The notes under the pieces are model-generated. The model was not told the DNA's origin, ran no database searches, and saw nothing but the letters and a program-made list of their open reading frames with translations. A program made the position numbers and the translations under genes. From IMG/VR virus record IMGVR_UViG_3300002124_000007, positions 1-64,000 of that record: a DNA stretch of 64,000 bases; one strand, written 5' to 3'. Origin of the DNA: an uncultured virus (IMG/VR IMGVR_UViG_3300002124_000007) (taxonomy: Duplodnaviria; Heunggongvirae; Uroviricota; Caudoviricetes). This document shows positions 26,168-35,452 of the stretch, piece after piece (positions within the stretch are counted from its first letter, which is position 1; each line of letters opens with the position of its first letter).

Positions 26168-27797
26168 AGGCTTGCCGCCTGTCGCCAAGAAGGGGGATAA
26201 GGTATCTATTGATACTGAATTCTTTGGTATGGATAAAAAACGTCTTCATAGGCCACATGGAATATTTGCCTATATGGGATGCTCCTTTGATGGTGTGACT
26301 GTTTACTATATTGACGACGAATCAGATATTAAAGCCTTCCTTGATCGATTGGAAGATGGGGTATGGATTTTTGCTCATGCCAAATTCGACATCACACAAT
26401 TACGCCGATATACTGAAATCACATCCCGTAAGAATTTATGGGATGTGATTTTAATCGAGCAGATTCAGTATTCTGGCTATTATTCTGATTTCTCTCTACA
26501 AGACCTTGTGCGCCGATATCTAGATACATATATGCCCAAGGAAGAACGTAAATCGTTCTCTGACACTGTATCACTTACAAAAGAGCAAATCGAGTATGCT
26601 TCAATTGATGTTGCATATACATGGCAGGTTTGGCAGAAGCAAAAGGAAAAAATTTGCGATGATGACCTTCAAATTTGGCGGGAAATAGAGCTTCCTTTCC
26701 TGTGGACACTTCTTTCAATGTCTGGTGTGCGATTGGATACAGAAAAATGGATTGCTTTGGCAAGAAAAAATGAAGCAAGGGCTAAAGAGATTCAAGCAGA
26801 GTATCCTGATATTAATCTTAACTCTCCTAAGCAAGTAAAAGAATATCTTGCAGGGATGGGATATAAAGTTAAGAGTACAGATGTTGAAGCCCTTACAGAA
26901 TTAGCAGAGGATCATGTTCAATTTGCTACAGATATGCTTACCTATCGAACCTATGCCAAACGCTCATCCACCTATGGAGAAAAGTTTGTTACAGATTATG
27001 TAGAATCGGACGGAAAAGTTTATGCAGATTTGTATCAGATAGGCGCAGAAACCGGAAGAACATCTTGTCGTGCGCCCAACCTGCAAAATCAGCCTCACGA
27101 AGTTGAATATCGTGAATGCTTTATTGCAGATGAAGGGGAATGTATTATCGTAGCAGATTGGGGAAGTCAGGAGCCTAAGTTTGCGGCACACTTTTCACAA
27201 GATGCGGGGTTGATTGATGCACTCAACTCAGATGAGAAGTTGTATGTCCGTATCGCACGAGAAGCCTTAGATATTCATATCACAAAGCAAAGCCCCGAAT
27301 ATACTCACATTAAATCTACCATCCTTGGATTGTTCTATGGTATGTCCGCAAAAGGGTTGGCAGCACGAATTGGGTGCGAAGAAGATGATGCACAGAATAT
27401 GATTGACAGCATTTTGGACACTTACCCTGGCATTGCTGAATATATGCGGCAGCAAAAACGTGTCAAGGATTATGTGACAACTGTTAGTGGGCGCAAGATT
27501 TGGCTGAATAAATATTCTTTCCAGTGGGAGCGCAATGCTTTGAATGCTCCCATCCAAGGCTCTGCGGCAGATGCTATGAAAATTGCATCTCGTAGATTTA
27601 TCCAACAGAAGAAACCTGCTTGGAGATTGCTGTTGCTGGTTCATGATGAATTGGTAATTGCTGTTCCCATAGCAGATTGTGAAGAAGCAAAAAAAGTTCT
27701 TGCATCTTGCATGATTGAAGTGGCAGAAGAACTTCATGTCGGTATTAAAGGCTCTGCTGAAGTATTTCATGGAAACTCATGGGCCTGCAAGCCATAG
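26130..27797 (+). CDS. polA: Family A DNA polymerase with 3'-5' exonuclease domain
   Basis: Exo motifs DTE, AKFD, YASID; TGRTS..PNLQN; motif A ADWGSQE; motif B K...LG..YG; NAPIQGSAAD; motif C VHDE. Confidence 0.95.
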   Translation: MNIANPKNLKIIKGLPPVAKKGDKVSIDTEFFGMDKKRLHRPHGIFAYMGCSFDGVTVYYIDDESDIKAFLDRLEDGVWIFAHAKFDITQLRRYTEITSRKNLWDVILIEQIQYSGYYSDFSLQDLVRRYLDTYMPKEERKSFSDTVSLTKEQIEYASIDVAYTWQVWQKQKEKICDDDLQIWREIELPFLWTLLSMSGVRLDTEKWIALARKNEARAKEIQAEYPDINLNSPKQVKEYLAGMGYKVKSTDVEALTELAEDHVQFATDMLTYRTYAKRSSTYGEKFVTDYVESDGKVYADLYQIGAETGRTSCRAPNLQNQPHEVEYRECFIADEGECIIVADWGSQEPKFAAHFSQDAGLIDALNSDEKLYVRIAREALDIHITKQSPEYTHIKSTILGLFYGMSAKGLAARIGCEEDDAQNMIDSILDTYPGIAEYMRQQKRVKDYVTTVSGRKIWLNKYSFQWERNALNAPIQGSAADAMKIASRRFIQQKKPAWRLLLLVHDELVIAVPIADCEEAKKVLASCMIEVAEELHVGIKGSAEVFHGNSWACKP

Positions 27798-27807
27798 GAG
27801 ATATAGA

Positions 27808-27990
27808 ATGAGAGAGATGTTAGGTAGATTAATGTTTGTGCTTTGGATATTATCGGGGGCATTGGCTAGCATTTTCGGTCTTGGGGGACAAGATGACATC
27901 GCGTTGATATTTGCAACAGTGTTTGTAAGTCCAATTATTCTGTATTTTGTATGCATAATTATTATATGGATTGTCAAAGGCGAATCCTGA
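27808..27990 (+). CDS. Small membrane protein
   Basis: AGGAG SD; two TM helices. Confidence 0.6.
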   Translation: MREMLGRLMFVLWILSGALASIFGLGGQDDIALIFATVFVSPIILYFVCIIIIWIVKGES

Positions 27991-28029
27991 TACTATTTTC
28001 ACCTTCTATTAATATTCATAGGATAAAAT
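27987..28029 (+). promoter_or_regulatory. Promoter with 11-bp-period repeats
   Basis: CTGAT(27987) TTCAC(27998) TTAAT(28009), 10 bp, TAAAAT(28024). Confidence 0.65.
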
Positions 28030-28051
28030 ATACATTAAAAGGAGATATGAG

Positions 28052-28222
28052 ATGGATAATAAAGAACTACAGAATGTTAAAATAACGGGATTAGATATTC
28101 CATTCTTTAATTTAGCAAATTTTGTTTTGAAACTCTATTTTGCATGGTTACTTGCCACAATTATCATGCTTCCAATCATATTTATTATATCTTTATTTGT
28201 TTTTATTATTTTTGGCAACTAA
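28052..28222 (+). CDS. Small membrane protein
   Basis: Not in track; AAGGAG SD; MDNKELQNVKITGLDIPFFNL... Confidence 0.65.
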   Translation: MDNKELQNVKITGLDIPFFNLANFVLKLYFAWLLATIIMLPIIFIISLFVFIIFGN

Positions 28223-28226
28223 GAAC

Positions 28227-28736
28227 ATGAAACAACACTGTCCTGTCTGTGCCGAACCCGTTTGTTCTCCCACTGGACGCTCTCAAGAACTGCTCATTGT
28301 GGGGGAGTTCCCAGGGCGTGAAGAAATGATTCAAGGCCGCCCGTTTGCTTCCAATCCAAACTTCATGACCGCTGGACGTATCTTGAAAAAGGAATTGGAG
28401 CGATGTGGTGTATCTCTGTCTGATTTTCGCATCTGCAACTTGTGGCTTCACGAGCCAAACAAAAATGAGAACTGTTTCAAGGCGGGATATAATAATGTAT
28501 TAGATGAGGCTAAAGGCAAGCAAGCTATCCTGCTTGTAGGTTCAGACACAGTAGAAACCTTCACAGGCTACAAGGTGAGCGATGTCACTGGATTGCAAGT
28601 AGATTCAAATGTATTGAGTGCGCCCATTATCTATGCATCTGTAAATCCTGCCCTTGCTCAACATAGGTCGCTTGGGGAAGTACGATTTGCAATTGAAAAA
28701 TTTGTTCGCAGATTGGAAATAGAAAATCTATTATGA
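28227..28736 (+). CDS. Uracil-DNA glycosylase family 4-like protein
   Basis: LLIVGEFPGREE...GRPF....AGRIL; C-terminal NPA in place of HPA; real start probably ATG 28227. Confidence 0.8.
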   Translation: MKQHCPVCAEPVCSPTGRSQELLIVGEFPGREEMIQGRPFASNPNFMTAGRILKKELERCGVSLSDFRICNLWLHEPNKNENCFKAGYNNVLDEAKGKQAILLVGSDTVETFTGYKVSDVTGLQVDSNVLSAPIIYASVNPALAQHRSLGEVRFAIEKFVRRLEIENLL

Positions 28737-29383
28737 ATAAATCTATAGCTATTATTGATGGACAAGTCCTGTCTCGCAAGAACTTTCTATCTGCTATTGA
28801 CCAAGAGATAATTCATCTCCATGATACAGGCGATATTCAGCAAGTAATGAATGTATTGAATGGGTTGGGTGCTTTGGAAGATGTGTCAGGACACGCAAAG
28901 GCTAAGTTGTTATGGGCTTCAAGCGAGTGGTATAGGCAGAATGTTTCTAATGAAAACTTTGCTGACCATGTGACATCCACGACTGCCATCAAAAAGATCA
29001 CAGTGGATAGATATGTCTCCACTTGGCAATACATAGAGGAATGTGTCATTCCTAAGCAGATTGCAGAACGCGCTATGCGAGACTTAGTTCCTATCGCTAT
29101 GACGTTGAAGCAGGGTTATGACATCTCCAAAGAACAGTGGCGTAAGATTGATCTATGCGCCAGTGATGGAGAATTGCGAGACATTCTGCGGAAGATCAAA
29201 GGCAAAGCAGAGCGAAAGAACGCACGAGTAATCAAAATGGCACGTGATGGCTCTCTATATGGATATAAAGGCAAGCAACAATACTTTCTTGGCTATCTAA
29301 ATATCAAGGAAGCTGAAAACAATGTTGTTCTGGCCGAGTTTATTGAGAAGATAAAGATTAGTGTAGGAGTGATTGAAGAATGA
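28733..29383 (+). CDS. Hypothetical protein
   Basis: ATGA coupling; 216 aa. Confidence 0.7.
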   Translation: MNKSIAIIDGQVLSRKNFLSAIDQEIIHLHDTGDIQQVMNVLNGLGALEDVSGHAKAKLLWASSEWYRQNVSNENFADHVTSTTAIKKITVDRYVSTWQYIEECVIPKQIAERAMRDLVPIAMTLKQGYDISKEQWRKIDLCASDGELRDILRKIKGKAERKNARVIKMARDGSLYGYKGKQQYFLGYLNIKEAENNVVLAEFIEKIKISVGVIEE

Positions 29384-29571
29384 ATATTCTAGAGAGATGG
29401 CAAAAAGGTAAGCCTGAAAACAAGACAGATGAAGCAGTGTTTGTATTTCTGGACGAACTTATTGATCGGAAGGGGTTTGATGATTGGTGGAACGGTATAG
29501 ATGAATCTACACAAATTGAAATCTTAGAGTCTCTTGTAGAATCTATAGGAAAGATACATCATGATAAATAA
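29380..29571 (+). CDS. Hypothetical protein
   Basis: AGGAG SD; DRKGFDDWW. Confidence 0.65.
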   Translation: MNILERWQKGKPENKTDEAVFVFLDELIDRKGFDDWWNGIDESTQIEILESLVESIGKIHHDK

Positions 29572-29899
29572 ACCAAAAGTTTATGTGGCTGGCCCTTATA
29601 CCAATGGAAATGTGATGAGGAATATCAGCAGAGCAGTTATGGAGGGTAATTATTTACTGGCTCGTGGATTTATTCCTTTTGTTCCTCATCTTACAGGGTT
29701 TTGGGATTTGCTAAGAGGCCATGATTATGAAGAGTGGATGAGATACGACCTAGAGTGGCTAAAGTCTTGTGATGCCCTTCTTCGTATGCAGGGAGAGAGC
29801 AGTGGAGCAGACCTAGAAGTACAAGAAGCAGTTCGACTAGGAATTCCTGTGTTCTTTAATAACTCTGATTTATTTGAGCATTTTAAGGGCAGATCATAA
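29561..29899 (+). CDS. DUF4406/nucleoside 2-deoxyribosyltransferase-like protein
   Basis: VYVAGPY...CDALL...ESSGADLE...A...GIPVF. Confidence 0.8.
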   Translation: MINKPKVYVAGPYTNGNVMRNISRAVMEGNYLLARGFIPFVPHLTGFWDLLRGHDYEEWMRYDLEWLKSCDALLRMQGESSGADLEVQEAVRLGIPVFFNNSDLFEHFKGRS

Positions 29900-30918
29900 T
29901 GCCAATCACATTCACAGGCGATACATTTGAATCTACCAACCGTATTGTGACACAGTGTCATTCTTTGGATTGGGCATTGGGCGATAGGTTAGGTAATGTG
30001 GGTATCCCTTCTCGCTCTACAATCGAGGTTTATGGCGGTAAGAATGTAGGCAAGACAACTTTCTGCGTCTCTTTGATGGGAATTATCGGAGCAAAATTGG
30101 GGAAGAATATTACCTTTCTGGATTGGGAAGGGCAAAGCAAGGAAACCATTGAAGGCATCTTGGATGCACAAAGTTTCTTTGGCTCTGTCAATTATATGCT
30201 CAACAAGGGAGATGAATCATCTGAAGATACTCTGGAACGATTTGTAGAAGCACTCACAAATGATAACCAAAATGTTGCAACGATGGATAGTATTGGAGCT
30301 TTTCGTCCTACCGCTTTACTTGAGGGTAAGATTGGCGATGCGAATATGGGTGTGTTTGCTCGTGAGACAGGACAATTTGTTAATAAAGTGACACATATCT
30401 CTCTACGTGCTGATGAGCCAGGAGTTGTATTCTTAACCAACCATGTCCATCCTACCATTGGCTCAATGGTACAAGGACAAACAACATCAGGAGGCGAGAA
30501 GAAAAAGTATCTTTCTCATATTCGGATTGATCTGAAACGTGCTTACATTGGCAACTCACCTGTCAATTTTGGAGAGAGCTATTTATTACGAGGCAAGATA
30601 GATAGTAATCGTTTTGGCTTCTCTGGACGTGAATTTTATGTGTTCATCGTAGGTGGGGAGGGCATCAATATTGGACTAACTGCTCTATGGGATTGCGTGA
30701 TTGCTGGACATGCTACGCTCTCTGCCAAGAGTATCAAGGATAGTGTTGTCATAAGTATGGATGATGTAAGTTATGGAAAATTTCGCACGATTTTTGGAGA
30801 AAGACATAACAAGGAATTTTTTGCCCCTTTTATCAACAAACTTCGTGAAGAGAATGACATAATGTCAGAAGATGTAGAGGAAGTAGAAGAACCTAAAAAG
30901 AAAAGAGGAAAGAAATGA
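29899..30918 (+). CDS. RecA/UvsX-like recombinase
   Basis: SLDWALG...GIP, Walker A GGKNVGKT, MDSIGA, TSGG. Confidence 0.88.
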   Translation: MPITFTGDTFESTNRIVTQCHSLDWALGDRLGNVGIPSRSTIEVYGGKNVGKTTFCVSLMGIIGAKLGKNITFLDWEGQSKETIEGILDAQSFFGSVNYMLNKGDESSEDTLERFVEALTNDNQNVATMDSIGAFRPTALLEGKIGDANMGVFARETGQFVNKVTHISLRADEPGVVFLTNHVHPTIGSMVQGQTTSGGEKKKYLSHIRIDLKRAYIGNSPVNFGESYLLRGKIDSNRFGFSGREFYVFIVGGEGINIGLTALWDCVIAGHATLSAKSIKDSVVISMDDVSYGKFRTIFGERHNKEFFAPFINKLREENDIMSEDVEEVEEPKKKRGKK

Positions 30919-31080
30919 CTATTCTAGATTGGTTACTATTTATATTTTTTGTATTGCCTATCGGGATTATCCTATGGATGGGAGTTTTACTCATTATAAA
31001 AACATATAGAGGAAATAAATGAAAGGCACTATCTTTTTATCTATTATTTTGTTTCTTATCTATGCTTTGGAAAAAATGTT

Positions 31081-31392
31081 TTGATGATCTTGCCACGACC
31101 TGCAACATTAAAGAAATATGGATTGACTGAGCGAGATTGGAAAGAGTTGTACAACCTCGCTAATGGTATCTGTCCTATCTGCAAACGCTCAATGGAAAAG
31201 CCTGTCATTGACCATTTGCACACAAGAGGGTGGAGAAAAATGAAGGCAGAGAAGCGCAAGCGGTATGTAAGAGGAATTTGTTGTAATTATTGCAACAGGC
31301 GCAGGATTGGGCGAGGCATGAACTTGGAGATTGCTAGGAACATTGTGGAATATCTGGAACGATTTGAAAAAAGGATGAACAATGAAGTATAA
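31081..31392 (+). CDS. Endonuclease VII-like nuclease
   Basis: KYGLT...CPIC...IDHLH...VRGICCNYCN. Confidence 0.85.
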   Translation: MMILPRPATLKKYGLTERDWKELYNLANGICPICKRSMEKPVIDHLHTRGWRKMKAEKRKRYVRGICCNYCNRRRIGRGMNLEIARNIVEYLERFEKRMNNEV

Positions 31393-31522
31393 GATTTATA
31401 ACCAAGATGTCATGGAATGGGCCGAACAATGTCAGAAGGGAAAATTTCATGCCTTGATTTCTGATACAGAGAATGGTTATGTAGATTTGGCGCATAAGAG
31501 AATGGAGCATTGGACAAAATGA
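31382..31522 (+). pseudogene. Internally deleted DNA methyltransferase remnant
   Basis: MKYKIYNQDVMEWA...FHALISD joined directly to TENGYVDLAHKRMEHW, i.e. both termini of an N6/N4 MTase without DPPY and the SAM-binding motif. Confidence 0.55.
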
Positions 31523-31845
31523 GCAGAAGATACTACACCGAGCCGCCTACACAGGGCAACATCCCCGACTTCTTGAAGAAGGCTTATCTTGCTGACCATA
31601 TGCACAATCTTATTCAGTGGGCAAAATTAGAATACACGGCAGGTATGAACTATCTCAATGCTCACGCCTCCATGAGAACCATTATGTATTTTCAGCAAGA
31701 GGTATCTGCTATGCGAGTTTTAGCAGAGAGTGAAGCCTTCCGTGAGTTGTTGGAGTTATTGAACGAGCAAAATTATAATAAACTCTCACACAGAGAGCGA
31801 GCTTTTATCCGTCGAGCGTTTGAATTATTTAGGGCTTTGAGTTAG
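31519..31845 (+). CDS. Hypothetical protein
   Basis: ATGA coupling; last plus-strand gene. Confidence 0.6.
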   Translation: MSRRYYTEPPTQGNIPDFLKKAYLADHMHNLIQWAKLEYTAGMNYLNAHASMRTIMYFQQEVSAMRVLAESEAFRELLELLNEQNYNKLSHRERAFIRRAFELFRALS

Positions 31846-32058
31846 ATACCTAGCTAGGTCTTTTACAAAATCTTGCCACGCATCCGCCAAATCCTCCTGT
31901 GACATCTTGTTAAGTATCAAGTGTACAGTTTCTCCACCTTCGGACATCTTGAATTTATCCGCATAGACTGAGCGAATGTATGCGCCAAAGGCACTCTTGA
32001 TTTGATCTGAAACGCCTAGTTTAGCACAAAACTCTGAAATTGGTGATCTAATAGACAT
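31825..32058 (-). CDS. Hypothetical protein
   Basis: End of the minus-strand late operon. Confidence 0.6.
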   Translation of the reverse strand: MSIRSPISEFCAKLGVSDQIKSAFGAYIRSVYADKFKMSEGGETVHLILNKMSQEDLADAWQDFVKDLARYLTQSPK

Positions 32059-32878
32059 AGGGGGTAGGTACTACACTTTCTGAAAAACTTACCAATCGAG
32101 ATGTAGTAATATAGTTTCTAGCATAATGTACACCATCTCGCTCGTAAGTATAATCTGATTTATTCCCGTTTGTTCTTAGAGGTATAAGAGTATCCACGCT
32201 TTTGCTGGTAGGGATACCCCAAATATTCGGGAAAGGGTCTGCTTTTACTCTGCCTTGATTGATCCCATTGGACACAATCAAAGGATATTCTACTCCTGAT
32301 ACCTTGAGACCAGGAATATTGACAGCGCAAAATATTAGGTCGGGACGGGTCAGGCGGTTGACTTTCTCAATCGGTGGGGGAGGATACCTACCATCCAATG
32401 TCTCGATGGGCGTCCCTTTGAGAGTAGAGCCTCCAATTATCCTGTGAATATTACCACAACAAGTGATGGCTCCTTGACGTGGTAAAGCTTTATTCAAATT
32501 CTCTTGGTTGATATAATCCTTATACAACTCAGTTCCATAATTATTAGTGAAGGCTTTTGCTCCATGTGTCAAACTCCCCCACTCAGAACACAGTCTATCT
32601 CGTTCCCAAGATTCCAAGAGCGTTTCATCCCAATGTTTATAGCCTGTATAGGGATGAACTAATCCCACTCTAAACCAATACCATTGCCATGCTTCTGTTA
32701 GGTCTGTATATTCGACCCAATATAGAGGCCAAACTTCAGGCGCACGAATTCTTTGACCCTTAATGTCTTTGGCTAAGTCGTCATGTTGAATGAATTTGTA
32801 TATTCCGCCTGCTGGAAGAGGAATTCCTATAGGTGGTGGGGCGGGGGGTCTAACAACAATGCTGATTGGAAGGTTCAT
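32048..32878 (-). CDS. Hypothetical protein in lysis module
   Basis: Coupled to the endolysin gene. Confidence 0.65.
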   Translation of the reverse strand: MNLPISIVVRPPAPPPIGIPLPAGGIYKFIQHDDLAKDIKGQRIRAPEVWPLYWVEYTDLTEAWQWYWFRVGLVHPYTGYKHWDETLLESWERDRLCSEWGSLTHGAKAFTNNYGTELYKDYINQENLNKALPRQGAITCCGNIHRIIGGSTLKGTPIETLDGRYPPPPIEKVNRLTRPDLIFCAVNIPGLKVSGVEYPLIVSNGINQGRVKADPFPNIWGIPTSKSVDTLIPLRTNGNKSDYTYERDGVHYARNYITTSRLVSFSESVVPTPYVY

Positions 32879-34053
32879 TTGGGAACGGGTCTGAGCGTGC
32901 CTACAATCGTTTCTTTGTAATAATTGATATCATCCCCCAAAATCACCACATAAGGCAGTTCTGGAAGCGTGGGGGGCTGTGTAGGGGTATCTACGGGCGT
33001 AACCGTCAACAGTTTTTGCCCTTTATGGATTTCTGCAATCCAACCCTCTTGTCCATTGAACAATACCTTCCACCATTTGTCTCCTGCATAGGCTTGTACA
33101 ACGCCATTGTAGCTAATATTACTGACATATACATAGGCATCGTTTGGGCCTGTGCTGATGGATGTTCCCGCCAGAAGACTTCCAAAGGATGTTCCTATAA
33201 TATGTGGCGTTTGTGGATAGGCCGTAGGCTTGCGGATAGAGCGATTTGTGAATGTGTTAGGCTTAAGTTCTACATGATCTATAGGCATGGGAGGTTCTCC
33301 TGTATCTCCATAACGAGTGTCAAATTCTTGCTTTGTTCCATTGAAAAAGTTCATATCTAGTTCTTTTGTCTGTTGCCCCCAATCTACAATAGGCGTTCCA
33401 AATTGCCAGTGGGTTAGGCTTGTCCAAGGGGCAGGGATTAGGACATTGATGGGGTCACTCGTATACCATGCTTCCCACAAGGGCCTGCTTTTGAGATAGT
33501 TATATTGATTTGCATTGGTAACAGAGTTAGAGTTGCCGCGAAAGAAATAATATCCGGTATAAAGACCTACTCGATACCCCGCTTGTTCTACTAACTGCAT
33601 CATGGCCACGACATTGGCAAGTCCTTCGTGTTGGCCGCCGTAATTTTTCTCCCAATCTATGAAGACTTCCATATCAATCTTCTTACCCGATAAAAGATTG
33701 ATAAGAATTTCGGCTTGCTTGCCGGGGGATGCTCGCCCATCATAAAACCAATAGATGCCGATCTTCTTGTTACATTTTCTAGCTTCCAAATAATTTCTTT
33801 CAAACTTTGTGTCTGTCCATGTATTCTGTCCCGCCCGAATGATGATAGCCTCGGTCTGCATACACATGACAGAATAAACAATATCCCCTTGATAAAAACT
33901 GACATCGGGGAATTGAACTACTCGTGTAATGGTTGCAGATGGATGGAAGGAGACGGGGTGAGTAGTCAAATAATTCAAGAGTGTGTGAAAATTTAGGCTT
34001 GGTCTTGTTTGGAGGAATTCCCCCATTTGTGCTTCGTCTCGATATTCAATCAT
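32875..34053 (-). CDS. Endolysin, GH25 muramidase with C-terminal SH3-like region
   Basis: DVSFYQG, IIRAG, GIYWF, FIDWE, GLYTG, WQF, LDMN; KWWKV...EGWIA. Confidence 0.9.
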   Translation of the reverse strand: MIEYRDEAQMGEFLQTRPSLNFHTLLNYLTTHPVSFHPSATITRVVQFPDVSFYQGDIVYSVMCMQTEAIIIRAGQNTWTDTKFERNYLEARKCNKKIGIYWFYDGRASPGKQAEILINLLSGKKIDMEVFIDWEKNYGGQHEGLANVVAMMQLVEQAGYRVGLYTGYYFFRGNSNSVTNANQYNYLKSRPLWEAWYTSDPINVLIPAPWTSLTHWQFGTPIVDWGQQTKELDMNFFNGTKQEFDTRYGDTGEPPMPIDHVELKPNTFTNRSIRKPTAYPQTPHIIGTSFGSLLAGTSISTGPNDAYVYVSNISYNGVVQAYAGDKWWKVLFNGQEGWIAEIHKGQKLLTVTPVDTPTQPPTLPELPYVVILGDDINYYKETIVGTLRPVPK

Positions 34054-34439
34054 GGCTTATTTGCTAACCTTTCGAGTACAGGCAAAAATCGTACAAGAGC
34101 TACAATAATTCCTATAAAGAACGAAATTGTCTGGACAACTAATGCGCCCCCCACAAACCTACCCCAAAAATTCATAGAGTCAATGAATTTTTCCACGTTT
34201 CTTATACGTTCGGGGATAGGTAGTTCTCCATTGCCTGTTATCAATAATTTATCATGAACATTTACATCATGCTGTATATCATTCAAAGCAGTATTGATGG
34301 ATGTAATATTCTGTAAAATTCTTATATGTGTTTTTTGGCTATCTGTAAGATTAGCTAAAATATCTGGTGTGAGGTCGCTATTAGGCATGATGTCATCTTT
34401 CCTTCGGCCATAATTAGTCATGGGAATTTCATCTTTCAT
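34050..34439 (-). CDS. Holin-like/membrane-anchored protein
   Basis: Coiled coil plus C-terminal TM helix, immediately upstream of the lysin. Confidence 0.5.
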   Translation of the reverse strand: MKDEIPMTNYGRRKDDIMPNSDLTPDILANLTDSQKTHIRILQNITSINTALNDIQHDVNVHDKLLITGNGELPIPERIRNVEKFIDSMNFWGRFVGGALVVQTISFFIGIIVALVRFLPVLERLANKP

Positions 34440-34495
34440 AAATAGAATCTCCCTGTACTTCTAATTATATAGGGAGTTGGGATAGGTATCCACTT

Positions 34496-35404
34496 CTAGT
34501 TTGTGACGTTCACACCTTTTATCTTATTCAATTTTCCTTTCCCTCTACCAACGGCTCCGCAGGCTTCACATCTAAAACCTTCCCAAAGTCCGGCAGGAGT
34601 TGGATATGTCTCACCCCATTTTAGGCTCTGGCTCTCACATTTGGGACATACATCAGCGTCATGGTCAGTATATAAACCAAGGTTAGGGTGGTTTGGTATC
34701 CAGGGAAGCATGCGAAGATATACCTCTTCGAGCAAGGGTGCAACATCCCGCTTGCAATATTCAAACATCTTTGTGAGATGCTCTTGGCTTCCTTCAGAGC
34801 AGTAAATCCAGTCTTCAATTTCCATATCAGATTTCCTGCCAATTCCAAACTTCATTCCCAAAGCATCTAAGCGGTTGTATGACCAGCCAAATACTTCTCT
34901 TGAAACCTTTAGAGTATCTACATTCATAAAGGGAGATGGCGGACTATATCCAGCCAAAAGAAATCGACTTTTCAGCTTCTTTATGTCAAAGTTTATTCCG
35001 TTTTGTGTTATTACTATATCGGCTTGATTTATCAAATCCCATATCCCACCTAAAATACTGTCGTCCTTTCTCATTATAGCTTCCTGCGGTGTAACTGATT
35101 GCCCCATAACTTCTGACTCAAATAACCACTTCGCTCCCCAACACAGAATACTCCAATCCATTATCATAAGTTCATGTGGGACGTATTCCATCTTTGGACT
35201 AAACCCATAGAACTTCATGAGTGAAGTCTCGATGTCCAACAATAAAATTCGAGCCGATCTATATTTATTGTTTGCCCCCGTTGTCTGAAACTCTACTATC
35301 CTGCTATATTTACCGCACTCCGCACACTGTATTTTTATTTTCCCCTGCCCCCCATTTCCTCGTCTTTGAATCCTAGATGAACCACAATGTTTGCACACTG
35401 GCAT
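34496..35404 (-). CDS. RNase H-fold 3'-5' exonuclease with zinc ribbons
   Basis: LLDIET, QNGINFD, DTL, YCKRDV; CxxC pairs at both ends. Confidence 0.85.
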   Translation of the reverse strand: MPVCKHCGSSRIQRRGNGGQGKIKIQCAECGKYSRIVEFQTTGANNKYRSARILLLDIETSLMKFYGFSPKMEYVPHELMIMDWSILCWGAKWLFESEVMGQSVTPQEAIMRKDDSILGGIWDLINQADIVITQNGINFDIKKLKSRFLLAGYSPPSPFMNVDTLKVSREVFGWSYNRLDALGMKFGIGRKSDMEIEDWIYCSEGSQEHLTKMFEYCKRDVAPLLEEVYLRMLPWIPNHPNLGLYTDHDADVCPKCESQSLKWGETYPTPAGLWEGFRCEACGAVGRGKGKLNKIKGVNVTN

Positions 35405-35452
35405 GAGATTTGTCTCCTATTGATAACGAGAAACACGCCACTTTTACTGGCA

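Noticed and set aside
23438..27797. Tyr codon reassignment to explain Tyr at catalytic sites
   Set aside because: The replaced residues differ (E, H, R) and Tyr is used normally in conserved YxxxK and YG motifs; genes are intact under the standard code.
28140..28226. Hydrophobic N-terminal extension on the UDG-like ORF
   Set aside because: These bases belong to the separate small membrane gene 28052..28222, which has its own SD.
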